Below the pieces are notes generated by a model, which had not been told where the DNA came from, ran no database searches, and saw nothing but the letters and a program-made list of their open reading frames with translations. A program made the translations under genes and the position numbers. Positions 46,149 through 57,566 of a stretch of DNA of 64,000 nt are shown here, piece after piece. The stretch is from Selaginella moellendorffii (taxonomy: Eukaryota > Plantae > Lycopodiophyta). Within the stretch, counting starts at the first letter, position 1, and each line of letters opens with the position of its first letter. The stretch spans positions 6,236,822 through 6,300,821 of the forward strand of contig NW_003314261.1 of assembly GCF_000143415.4 (NCBI RefSeq), given 5' to 3'.

Positions 46149-46470
46149 TTGAAGGGGTTCGGCTGGAAGGAGATGTTATCCCTCGCCTCTAAGCATCTGA
46201 TTTCCTGGATGGAGGGATCTGGCTTAAAGAGCATTAACAGAAACTATGAGGAGCTTTACATGAAAAGAGCAAAGTCCGCCTTGAGTGATATGCGAGTCAC
46301 GGTCGAGTTGAGTCCTCCAACATCATCGTTGGAGACGGTGGCAAAGTTATGTGGAGATCGACCTTGATGCTTCTGTGACAGTGATGGCGATGCAGATGAT
46401 CTGTTGCATTCGTTCGTGAAGATCTAAAGCAAATTGCAGTTTGTAGATATCTAGAAATTGATATGAAAGT
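46149..46470 (+). pseudogene. C-terminal fragment of the pseudokinase gene (copy of ~1930-2290)
   Basis: atccctcgcctcta..., aactatgaggagct, cacggtcgagttgagtcctccaacatcatcgttgg and gatctgttgcatt..gtgaagatctaaa are all shared with 1945-2290. Confidence 0.85.
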
Positions 46471-46570
46471 GTGACAGATACAAGAACTTGCACTTGGATG
46501 TTGAGTGAGTTGAGGTGCTCTTGATCTCTCTCTGATTCAGATTTGCAGCCATAAAACAGCTCAAACATTT

Positions 46571-47330
46571 TCATGCCAGTTTGGAGAGTCTTCTAAAATC
46601 ACTAAAAATACCCTTCCATCTAAAAAACCTGCTTGATATAATTGTAACCATTGCTTTTACTTGTGCAAGCGTAAAAAGGAAATAATCCTTACGTTTTGTG
46701 AAGTCAACGGACTTGAAAATAGCTTCTTGGCCTCCATATATTCCACGGAATATGGAAACATTGGCATTGGAGTATAAAAACCCACCATAGCTACTTAAAA
46801 TCTTAGCATTAGGCATAGCCACGTAAAAATATGCTGTATATCAGAAAACTCTAATACATACACGTCTAACCATGCCATCCATAGCTATATGCTGCTCAAT
46901 GGCACTTGATCTTTTGCTGTGCCTGATGCAAAATTCACTTCTCACGGATCTGGCGAGCCTTGCACCGGTCAGATCCGGGCGGGTAATTCCTTTGTCTTGA
47001 ACTTGGGTGAGCTCAATCGCATGGGGGCTTAGTGTGGGAGCTGGGGGCGTATGAAGCAAATGTAGGAAATAAAACAATGCTTCATAAAGCATGTGATGAC
47101 CAGGTTGCGGTGATGCATATATCGCATCAGAGATCCACAATTCATCGTTTGCATCAAGTTTGCAAAAGAACGTTGGTCGCAAACTGGATAGAAGAGCATA
47201 GCCAACTCCCGCAAGCTGCTTAAACATCTTCTTGACATGCCGGTTTGTGGGATCATTCGCTTGATCTCTACAGGCTACACAGATTTGATGACTCGAGTCA
47301 TACGGTGCGATACTCCCCAAATCTTTTATG
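46571..47330 (-). pseudogene. Further diverged REase-like/kinase family remnant
   Basis: KMFKQLAG.GYALLSSLRPTFFCKLDANDELWISDA..EALFYFLHL, then VSIFRGIYGGQEAIFKSVD; truncated before the catalytic loop. Confidence 0.7.
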
Positions 47331-47599
47331 GTCGAATCATTAAATATGGGTGGAGTATCCGGTAGAGTATAAACCGTTGTTAGAGGTCAAAGACGAAAGG
47401 AATTTAAGATTTATAAGCAGCAGGAGTATAAAGATCTGCCAAATTTGTGAACCGTAAGTGAATGACCAGTTCCTGTGTGGAACTGGACATTAAGAATGTG
47501 GTGGGAGAGCAATGTAAATAGAGTAATGGCCATGGCTCAATCTCTAGAGCAAGATCAACCTCAGCACGCGATGATCAAAGGATTGTATCTGAATGAGGC

Positions 47600-48080
47600 A
47601 TCTTGTCGTCCATTCACAACGATATCTGGCTGCTCGATCGGCATTTTTCCATCCATTCTGACCGCCGTTCATCAACGAGCCATGAAGTAGCTGCGTTTCT
47701 CGGACACGTTGCAAGCGGCCGTCTGGGGGCTCCCGTGCCTGTCCGCCGGCTCTCCGCTGCGATTTCAAGCTCGCGGATTTCCTCCACAATGCGCTGAGAC
47801 AGCGCGGACGATGTCTCCGACCAAGAGCTAGAAGCCGCCTTTCCTTCACCCAACGATATCTGGAACCGATTCGATCGGCACTTTTCCATCCGTTCAGACC
47901 GCCGTTGAGGACCGAGGCATTCGGCCGTTCATCAACGAGCTGCGTTTCTCAGACAAGATGCAACCGGCCGGCTGAGGGCTCCCGTGCCTGCCCGCCGTCA
48001 AACTCGCAGATCTCCTCCACGGCGCGCTGAGATAGCTCCTGTCGATCGATTCCTCAACCAAGAGGACGTCGAAAGAAGCT
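47600..48080. repeat. Imperfect direct duplication of ~235 bp
   Basis: caacgatatctgg..cgatcggca.ttttccatcc..gaccgccgtt..catcaacgagc..gggctcccgtgcctg occurs at ~47617 and ~47851. Confidence 0.75.
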
Positions 48081-48539
48081 GCCTTTTGCTCTCAATCCCG
48101 GCTCAATCCCTCACGATGGCAAGGTCCAGGACAGCTCGGAGCCGGAGCAGTGAACTTCCTCTGCCGGCCGATTGGACGCGACGGTGTTAGCGCTTTGCTG
48201 AAGCGAGGAAAGAAGCTGCCTGTGCTCTCTATATCCCTGTCCGACAAGCCTAGAAGCTCAAGAGCAGCGCTACCGGAGAGAATCTGTGCCTTTCCTCGAT
48301 GCTTGGGGAACGATGCGAAAGGAGAGAGAGAGAGAGATGAGAAACTGTTTGTCGCGCGCAATGCCGTGGAGTTGCTGTTCGATCCTGCGCTACAAGCCGA
48401 GGAAACCCCAAAGATGTTAACCAAGAAGAGAGGAAAAGGGCAAAATGACAATTTAAACTTACTAAAATAACCAGCTCGCTTTACCCCTTAAAAACACTGT
48501 AGTATCCTGGGAGATTTCTCTTCCTGGATTGTTCCAGAC

Positions 48540-49994
48540 TTACCGTAAAGCGGTGTCCGTCCACTTGAAAAAATGCGCTCGCTCTCTCTTGGTTACTTTG
48601 GAATGCTCTTTCGGAGCTCTTTGTAGAGCTGGGTCATCCTGATCGACATCACAAGATTTTAGAGAATTCCTCAAAGAGAAGCTGCGAACCTTGCGTGTAT
48701 GAGATGCGACACGGTTGGACGCTGATACGAGAGCAATCTGTGAGTGGAGTGAGCGTAAGTTTCGAGAGATCTTGAGCAAAGAACTGTCAAGAAAATGGAA
48801 ACGAAAGCTTACTCATCCCATCTTCCACCTTTACCTCCTCTTCCATACATTCCTCCTCCAAAGCCATCATCGTCCATGGGCGTCTGAGCCTCAATCTTGA
48901 TTGAGTTCCTCAGCCCGGTCCCGTTCTTCGTTGGCTCTCCCATCTTCACGGATAATTGCACTCCCGGCCTTCCATCAAGTCGGAACTACACATAAACACC
49001 AATTGATCATCTAGGAAAACGAAGAAAGAAAAACAAAAAACGAAGAACGAAACGAGCGAAAAGAAGAAAGAAAACGAAGAACAAAGCGAGAACCTGGACA
49101 CCGTCTTTGAGAGCTTGCGTCCTGACGTTCACGTCCTTCATTGTCCTGGAACAGGCAAAAAGTTCCAAACATGGTGAGAAGCGAATGTCTGTATGCAAAG
49201 AAATGAAAGAAAAGCGATCAGCAAAGGCCACAAGAAAGAGACCTAACAGTTACCGATTGCGCAGGATTGTTCTCCAGATGAAAGTGCTGGCTCGAGATCA
49301 AAGCTCCACCGGAAGCAGTCGCAGTGATCCCACCGCCATTTCCACCACCACCACCACTTCCAGTTCGAGACAACGAGGTGGCGGAGCTCTTCCTGGGACT
49401 GCTCACTCGGATTTGCACTCCTTCCGTCAAGTCGACTTGCATCCCCGGCTCGCCATCCACTCTCCGAGCCGAGGAAGGCCGAGTATTCACGGGCGATCGC
49501 TGCTGCGGAGATCGCACTGGAGACCTCTGCGGAGATGGCGAGAGTCTGATCGAAACCGGCCCTCCAGGAGCTCTGGGTTGATCTCTTCCAACTCTCGAGG
49601 GAGAGCCAACATGGACCGAGACTTCTCCAGGGCGATCCATCTCATTCCTGCTAGAAGCACGTCCTTTGGAGAGCTCCGACGCTGGCCTGGAATGCGACGA
49701 CGATGCCACTTCCTTCCGGGGATACTTCCACACATCAGTCAAACTGTGCTGGTTTCCAAGCTGGCCTTTGGATCGCGGCGTATAGTCGGAGCAGCGCCTC
49801 CCCTTCTTGCTCACAATCTCGTCCCCAAACGCCACATTGAGTTCCTCCGGCGAGAGCTGGATGAAAACCTTCTTGCGATCCCTCTCGCGCTCCAAAAGGT
49901 CGGCCTTTCTCACGCCCGTGTTGGCGAGATCGAGCACCGGCGAGCTCGGGGGATTGTAGTATCCACTGCTGAGAACAGCACCGCATTTGCGCAT
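48540..49994 (-). CDS. Hypothetical multi-exon S/P/R-rich protein
   Basis: 258-codon GC-rich ORF followed by plausible short exons and GT-AG introns down to a stop at 48540; no recognisable domain. Confidence 0.4.
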
Positions 49995-50430
49995 TTTCCA
50001 GACCCTATGCTCTCCCTGGATGCCCCAACCATCTTCTCGGCACCATCACACCATGGCGATGATCAAGATCCCTCCGCAAACGCAGTGATGATGATCAAGA
50101 AACCCTGCCACTTGATATTTCGAGGGATTCTCACAGCGGGATCCAAAGCGCTGTGCGATTGATCGATCGCTCGCTCTCGATCGTGCCGGATCCAGCGGAG
50201 CGGCAGATCAAATCGAGGAGTTACCTCATTGCCAGATCTTCTCCTCTTCGCTGGACTGTCAAGCCCTAACCTCTTGCTGGTCTCTGCCACGTCGTCAACG
50301 GCCTGGCTTCCTGCGAGTCCGGGGAGGCTACCACGTCGGATCCACCGTTTGTACACGTGGACCAATGGAACAATGAATGATCGATTAAATCAGTACAGCA
50401 GTGTGTTCCTTTTCATTCTTTGTATTTCTT

Positions 50431-51757
50431 TTATTTGTGTAGAACGTTTTTCTTCACGATCTTCGGTCTCTTGAAGCTCTGGAAAACCATAACGATTGCT
50501 TAGAATCACGAAACAAAGATAAAACATTGACAAATAGTATGGAATTTGGAAGAAAAGAAGGAATCGAGCATTTTACCTTCTGCTTTTCAAGTGCCTCGTA
50601 GTCAGTCCTTTCTTTCCAAGTGCTCTTCCGAAGCTTGATCGGCCTGTTACCAACGTACTTGCCTGGAGGAAAAGAAGAGATTAGTTTAGTGACTATGAGA
50701 AACGAACTTACCATTCATTTCTTTCATCGCAAAGGCAAGATCAGCAGCACTGGAGAAGCTCACGAATCCATAACCCTTCGTTTTCCCCGTACGCTTGTCA
50801 CGAACTACCTGTACCCGACATCCACAAGCTGCATCAGAAACTTTCAGTGCCAAATACCGAAAAGGATGTGTGATGCTTACTCGAGCCATGTTGAAACTCG
50901 GAAATCTTGTAAAAGCTTTGGTTAGTACTTCGTCGTTAACCTCGTTCCCCAAATCCCCACAAAACAAACGAAAATCATCTGCAAAACAAAGCAACAACGA
51001 TGAGTTTCCAGGACGATTGCCTTCTTTTTTTATTCGCAGCTTACTTTCTGGCCAGTCTCCGAGAGTGGAATCCTCCCAAGATTGTCCAGCTGCTTTCCGA
51101 GGAATTGCTCGCTTCTTTGCCTCTGATTTCTGCTCGTTGTCACCACTAGCAAGAGCGGCTTTTACATTCTCCAGCGCTTCCGGGTTTATAGTCTGTGCGT
51201 CCTTTTGAAACAAAACTTGGGCCTGGAGCAAAGAAAGAACATAAAAACCAAACCAAAAAATTCAGGAACAGGAGTTCTAGAGGAGAGCTTTCTTTTCTCT
51301 TACTTGTTGTTGTTGAGGGTGATTGTAAAGGTCTGGAGCACCTTGGTAGAGTCCTTGGTAATGGTACTGCGGCGCTTGAATCACAGCCGAGGTTGGAGGC
51401 TGCTGATACTGTGGCTGGAATGGTACGTGAGTATAGAAGGTTGGAGTGACTTGTGGCGCTGAGAATGGTTGGCTCAAGTATGTGAACTGCGAGCTTGGAG
51501 GTGGAGCCGGCCTAATTTGAATCGGTCTAGTAGTCGGACCAATCGGTGCCTACCAAGAAAACAAAAAGTTCGATCACTCACAGCGAGAATGCGAGACAAA
51601 CAAGCCATACCTGGATTGAAGCCGGAGGTGAAGGAGAAGGGCCGATCATTGGAGGCGGGCGTGGCGGCGAAGAGCGCGAGAGAGGCGTCGTGAGCTCCGA
51701 TCCCAAATCCTTGATCTCTGCCTCGAAGCGCTCGAGCTCGCTCATGAGATTCGCCAT
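50431..51757 (-). CDS. RBM42: RBM42-like RRM RNA-binding protein (multi-exon)
   Basis: MANLMSELERFEAEI; RKAAGQSWEDSTLGDWPE; DFRLFCGDLGNEVND; VVRDKRTGKTKGYGFVSF; MNGKYVGNRPIKLRKS. Confidence 0.88.
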
Positions 51758-51879
51758 GGCGGGCGCCCCGCCGCAGTCACAGCGCAAGAAAATCTCCCGC
51801 TCTACCTGGAACGCTCTCCTCCTCCGCCGGAGGAACCCTAACTATTCAAAGATTTTAGGCTAGGGAAGAAAAGGAGATT

Positions 51880-53527
51880 ATGCGGGCAAAGAACGAGGAG
51901 GAGAGCGAGCGCGCTCGATTGGCGAGCAAGGAGGAGCTCGCGGCGCCGCTCCAGGCGCTGCCGCCAGTCCAGTTCGCATTCGCCTATGGCTCGGGAGTTT
52001 TCCATCAGCGCGAGATCTCGGAATCATCGGTGAGTTTCTTCCTCATTTCTTCTGGATTATCGACACTGCGATGGCCACAGGATCGCATGGTGGACTACAT
52101 TTTGGGTGTCTCGTCGCCAGCGCAGTGGCATTCACAGGTAACAAATGTTTTAGAAGATTTTAAGGACCTAGAAGGAACTTTGGTTGTTCTTGTTCCTGTA
52201 GAATATAGAGATGAATCCATCGCACTACTCATCTTGGATCGCTCACTTTGGCGGCAAAGCGGTACGATCCTGCCTTTCGATCGATGAAGTTTTGTTTGAT
52301 AACACTTGTCTCTGCGATAGGTAGCGGACGCAGCTTGTATTCTTGGAGTTGGCGTTCACTTCAATCCCTTTGTGGAGTGGCGGGGCAAAGTTGGTATTAC
52401 ACACTTATTTTTCTCGTATGTTTTCTTCTCTTTACTGTCATTCCTGATATGTTTTTCCCTCTTGCAAGGTGATCAAATATGGTGTTGTTGGTCTTTCTGA
52501 TCTCGTGGGCGACATTCTAACGTGGAGAAGACTCTACATTAGTGGCCGGCTCCAAAAGCCTGTAAAGTTTTTCTTCTTTGGTTTTCTCTTCGAAACGATT
52601 TCACGAGAGATCCTTGCACTTCTTTGTAGGTGTGTATGCTCGTGGACCATTCTGGGATAGCACAGAAGAACAAAGTAAATCTTCAGGCCGCTCTTTCGAC
52701 TGCAATGCTTCTACTGCCTGACGAATTTTCCGAGGTGAATTTTTGCTCTACACCTCGTTCTTTTAGATTTGTTTTACTTGGAATGCTCTTTCTCTGTTTC
52801 AGCTTCTCGATGTGTGAGTTTTTTCTGCAGGAACAACTATACGAAACAATTTGCGGACTATCCTACCAGGGTGACATACGACTTCTTTTCGCCGAGGATA
52901 AAAATAAGGTAACTTAATGGAAATCTTAAGAACATCGTCTTACATTGATCGCGTACAGGTTTCGAAGATCGTCCAGGGCAGTTTCTCGAATTTCCGCAAC
53001 TTGTACAGTTCCTCTATCCAACAGGCAACAACAAGTGACGTTCTGAAGCTGTCTCAGAAGGACGAGAAAGTTCTCAGTTCTCGATTTTCACAGGTATTTC
53101 ATTTTAGTTGAGAAACTACCGCTGGCAAGCGTCTAATTGCGATCGACAGGAGCTTGGCCCTGATGCCGTCCGGGAGCATGTTTCTCACCTCCCTTCGACG
53201 CTTCTCCAGCGTTTGGCAGCTAAAACGGGAACAGGATGCGAGAATTCATCGGGAGGTACTCAATATGATCGAAACAAAGCTTGAGCTTCAGCACACCCTG
53301 TCGGTTTTTTTTTTTTGTTTTTTGGGATCTTAGGCAGCGTCGCGGTCGCCGATGCGCTGGTGAGATTTGGGAATGCCCGGCAGAGATTGATCAAGCAAGC
53401 AGTGGCGAGCATCGTTCGCACGTCGAGCTTGAAGCAAGCGCTCTCGGGATTCATAGCTGCCGGTGGAGTGAATGCGTTCCGATACGCGTCCAGGAAAGTA
53501 AGCAAAGCGTGGAAATCCTGCTCCTGA
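51880..53527 (+). CDS. TAM41: Mitochondrial phosphatidate cytidylyltransferase (Tam41/Mmp37), multi-exon
   Basis: FAFAYGSGVFHQ, MVDYILGV, GVHFNPFV, IKYGVV..DILTWRRLYISGRLQKPV, GLSYQGDIRLLFAEDKNKV..IV. Confidence 0.93.
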
Positions 53528-53637
53528 GCGCGAAATATCTGAATTTAAATTTTGAAATTTTAACTTTTGGCGCCATTTAGTTTCTGGGTTTTTAGGGTTC
53601 TAGAAGAGGCGTAGCACTCGAACGGTAAGCGCTAGCT

Positions 53638-54960
53638 ATGGCGGAGGAGGAATCGGCAGCAGCAACAGCGGCGATCGTCGAGGAAGAAGGAGTACCGACG
53701 AGGCTGTGGGTATCGGTGAACAGTCTCTCGCAGAAGAAGCCCGTGACGCTGTTCGTGGAGGATGTGGACAAGACGCGAGGGGCGACGTCCGGGGAGAACG
53801 CCGCCGTCGCCAGTACCGTATCGGATCTGGTCACGGAGACGATCAAGGCGGAGATTCTCTACCAGCAAGATCAGGCCAAGGTCGCCGTGGAATCCGTGGA
53901 CAGCGTAGTGGATGAAGCGATCAGGACGGAGCTCCAGCACAAGGCGCAAGCAACGACGCACGACAAAGTCCCTTACACTGAGCTCACCCTGGCGCTCATC
54001 AAGCCCGACGCGCTCAAGGCCGGCTACGAGAGAGAGATCCGGTACACGATGCAGGCTCACGGATTCGTCATCGTTCACGAGTCTCAGATCCAGGTAATGC
54101 TTTCTCTCGGTTTCGTCATCTCCCAGGGATGGATTTTTGCTCGCTGCGTTCTTTGTTCTTCCGCGAAGATTGATGATAAACAGGATTCCAGCTTTGTGGA
54201 TGCAGTTCACGAACGTCCGGGCTGCGCTCTTCTATGATCACCACCAGGACAAGCCGTGGTTTGAGAAGCTGACGCGCTACATGAGCAGGTTTGGTTCCAT
54301 CCATAGTCGATAGTTTCTTCGCTGAGTTGTTTTTTTTTTTCTTTTCAGCGCTCCGGTTCACGCTTTTGTCTTGGGCAAAGTCCGAGCAGCGAGATCGTGG
54401 AATGTAGCAATCGGTCCCACGGATCCGGAGCAAGCTCGGAAAGAATCGCCTCTAAGGTTTTCTCTCGTTCTTAATTTCCTGGGATGTTTTAACTGCGTGA
54501 CACGAGCTTTTCGAATCATAGCTTGCGAGCACGCTTTGGAAAGGACATACTTCGCAATGCTGTTCATGGCAGCTTCAACGCTGCTCGAGCAAGACACGAG
54601 ATCAAACTTCTCTTCCCCAACTGTAAGAAGCATATCTTTGTTCACTTGAGGTGGATCATCTTTCTCCTTTTACAGTGATTTTGGACCCTCTTCTCGATCC
54701 ACCCAAGGCTCGCTTCTACTTTGACAAGTTCCTCAAGAAGACTTTGATCGAGGGGCTGACTGCTCTTGCCACAGCCAAACCACATTCGGAGCCACTCCAA
54801 GTGATCGTATCCTTTTCGTCTTTCCTCGTTTAATCCGTGTGAAGTTCTCCTTGACCAGATAGTTCTTCAGAGATGGTTTGCGCAGTGGCTGCAACACCAC
54901 AATCCATACAGGCCTTTCGTTGACGGCAAGAAACACGTCGAAGTGGTCATTCCAGACTAG
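53638..54960 (+). CDS. Group II nucleoside diphosphate kinase with C-terminal Dpy-30 motif (NME5/RSPH23-like)
   Basis: TLALIKPDA, IGPTDPEQARKESP, LRARFGKDILRNAVHGS, then TLIEGLTALATAKP..P...WFAQWLQHHNP. Confidence 0.82.
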
Positions 54961-54978
54961 AAACTCTGCGAGAGCGCA

Positions 54979-56787
54979 TCACGTAAGCCTCTCAGTTTGT
55001 TCTTGCTTTCTTAACCAGATGAAGCTCGACTCCGTGACGGCCTTGAGTCCTTTGTCCGCCATCTCCTTCCGCACTCGCTCAGCATCGTCCAATCGACCAG
55101 CCGACGCAAAGATATTCGCTAGCAGAATGTATGCCGCGGAGCACTCCTCCTCAAGCTCCGACACCTGATACAACGCTTCCGACGCCAGCTCCAGATTGGA
55201 GTACGCTCCACAGGCACTCAAGAAGTTCGTCCAGGCTATAACATCCGGCACAAACGGCATGCTCTTGAGCAACTCGGCCGCCTCGACCAGCCTCCCGGAC
55301 CGGCTCAAGAGATCGACAATGCAAACGTAGTGCTGCCGGACCGGATCGATCGCAAACTCGCCCCGCATCAGCATGAAGTAGTCCCAGGCCTCTCGGAGCT
55401 TCCCGGCGTGGCTACAGGCGGAGACGAGATTGATGAAAGTAACATCGTCGGCGAGGCCACCTTGGAGGACGAACTCGCGGAAGCTCTCAAAGGCGAGCGT
55501 GATATGCCCAAACCGGGCATACGCCGCGATCATGGACGACCAAGTCACGACGTTCTTGCTCGGCATCGACTGGAAGGCAGCTATGGCGTCATCGATGCTA
55601 CCACACTTGGTATACATGTTTACCACGGCGTTCATCAAGGTGGTGGCGGTGGTGGTGGTGTTTGATCGATCGAGCAAGGTGGTGGCGGTGGTGGAGTTTG
55701 ATCGATCGAGCAGCAGCCCCGACTCGATCAACAGCGAGTGGATCCAGCGTCCCTCGGCCAACGTCGCGGAGCCAAAGCAGGCATCCAGGATCGTCACGAA
55801 GGTGACGTCGTTGGGCGGCTCCCCGGCGTCGATCATCCGCTTGAAGAGCTCCAGCGCCTCGCGGCCATACCCGTTCTGGGCATAGGCGGTGATCATGGCG
55901 GTCCAGGAGATCACATTTCGACGGATCATCCGCGAGAACATCGCCCAGGCATCGCCCACGCTGCCGGATTTGCCGTAGAGATTGATCACCGCGTTGCCCA
56001 CCGCGACCAGCGATTCCAATCCGGCCTGGCTCGCCTTGGCGTGGATCTCTTTGCCTCGCGCTAGATCGCCCAGCGTGGAGCAGGCGTCCAGCGCGCTCAC
56101 GACAGTGATCTCGTCGCCCTCCACGTCCATGGCGCGGTGGATCGCCAGCGCCTCGATCGGCATCGCGTTCTGGGCGTACACCGAGATCATCGCGTTCCAG
56201 GAGACGAGGTCGCGGAGATTTTCGCATCGATCGAAGACTCCCCTCGCGACGATCACGCTTTGGAGGCGGCCGTAGGCATAGATCAGCGAGTTTGGCACGC
56301 AGACGTCCTCGCGGTCGTGGCCGCTAGCAACGATCATCGCGTGGATGGATCGCGCTTGATCCAGGCTCTCGCAGGCGCCAAGAACATTGACGAAGGTCAC
56401 GTTGTTGGGGTGGATTCCATCCAGGAGCATCCGCCGGAAGAACTGGAGAGCCTCGCGCGGCTGCCCATTCTCGGCGCTGGCCTTGATCATGATCGTCCAC
56501 GAGTAGACGTTGCGGTCGCGGATGGAATCGAATACGCCGCGCGCGTCGGCGAGAGATCCACACCGGCCATACATCTGGATGACGAGATTTCCAAGCAGTC
56601 GATCGTCGCCATAGCCGGATTCTTGGATGCGAGCGTGGATTGCCTTGCCGCGAGCGAGCGATCGCGCGGCGCCGCATTCCTGGAGCAGGGAGATGAATCG
56701 TTCCACCTGGATGTAGGGATCGACGGAGGAGTCGTCGATTTCTTCCGGCGATCGGCAGAGCTTGCTGGGATTTGGCAAGAGCGCCAT
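54979..56787 (-). CDS. PLS-class pentatricopeptide repeat protein with E domain (organellar RNA editing factor type), intronless
   Basis: Repeated MYGRCGSLADARGVFD..RNVYSWT motifs, HYVCIVDLLSRSGRL, WTNFLSAC and AAYILLANIFASAG; no DYW domain. Confidence 0.93.
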   Translation of the reverse strand: MALLPNPSKLCRSPEEIDDSSVDPYIQVERFISLLQECGAARSLARGKAIHARIQESGYGDDRLLGNLVIQMYGRCGSLADARGVFDSIRDRNVYSWTIMIKASAENGQPREALQFFRRMLLDGIHPNNVTFVNVLGACESLDQARSIHAMIVASGHDREDVCVPNSLIYAYGRLQSVIVARGVFDRCENLRDLVSWNAMISVYAQNAMPIEALAIHRAMDVEGDEITVVSALDACSTLGDLARGKEIHAKASQAGLESLVAVGNAVINLYGKSGSVGDAWAMFSRMIRRNVISWTAMITAYAQNGYGREALELFKRMIDAGEPPNDVTFVTILDACFGSATLAEGRWIHSLLIESGLLLDRSNSTTATTLLDRSNTTTTATTLMNAVVNMYTKCGSIDDAIAAFQSMPSKNVVTWSSMIAAYARFGHITLAFESFREFVLQGGLADDVTFINLVSACSHAGKLREAWDYFMLMRGEFAIDPVRQHYVCIVDLLSRSGRLVEAAELLKSMPFVPDVIAWTNFLSACGAYSNLELASEALYQVSELEEECSAAYILLANIFASAGRLDDAERVRKEMADKGLKAVTESSFIWLRKQEQTERLT

Positions 56788-56813
56788 TTGGAATGGAATC
56801 TAGGGTTCTTTCG

Positions 56814-57235
56814 ATGGCGGACGAATCCGGCGGTGGCGATGGCGGCAGTGGCGGCGATCCAGAGTGGCCGTCGGTGGATGGCGCGCTGGGAGCGCAGCCG
56901 GAGAAGGCATTGAATCAGGCGCGCCTCCTCTTCTACGCGGGATTCTTGCTCCTTCCCTGGCTGTGGTTCATGAATTGCTTCTACTTCTGGCCAGTTCTTC
57001 GCAGCCGCGCGCACAGCGCCATTCGACCCTGTGAGTTCTTGGATTGGATCATTCTTGGATAATCGATCTGTCTTTCGCAGATGTCGTGCTTTCGGGCATT
57101 GGATTCCTAGCCTACAGCGCGATTCTACTATCGTGGGCGCTCGCATTCTCGATCGGCGGAGAGGCGATTGTGGGACGAACCCTATGGAAGAAGCTCGCAG
57201 TGATGACAATCGTGGAAGAGTACCAATTGAATTAA
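56814..57235 (+). CDS. PEN2: Gamma-secretase subunit PEN-2 (2 exons)
   Basis: WPSVDGALG..ARLLFYAGFLLLPWLWFMNCFYFWP..IRP/YVVLSGIGF..WALAF. Confidence 0.88.
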
Positions 57236-57566
57236 AAGCTTTCGATTCCTCGCCTATTAAACTCCATTTTAGGGCAAGCTGAGAGATTCTTTCCTCGCGT
57301 TGGTTTTTGGGGTAAAGAGGGAAGCTGGAGGGAGCGCTGCTGGGCAAGAAGAACCAATCAATATCACGCCCCGCGCCTCGATTCGAATCGGTGATCTCGC
57401 CGCGTCGCCATTCTCCGCCAGCGCTATCGGCGCCGATTCTAGGGTTCTTTGGTGAGTACGCATTTTCTTTGTTTGCGCGGGCGGTGGAGTGACCCCATCT
57501 CAATTCGAGCATTGGTTTCGTGCAGGCACGCGTAAATGTACTAGATTTTCTGCTAGTGGCAGAAGC

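Noticed and set aside
49107-50162. 351-aa plus-strand ORF, and similar long ORFs at 56137-56913 and 56487-57512
   Set aside because: Antisense or alternate-frame shadows of GC-rich coding sequence, with no motifs.
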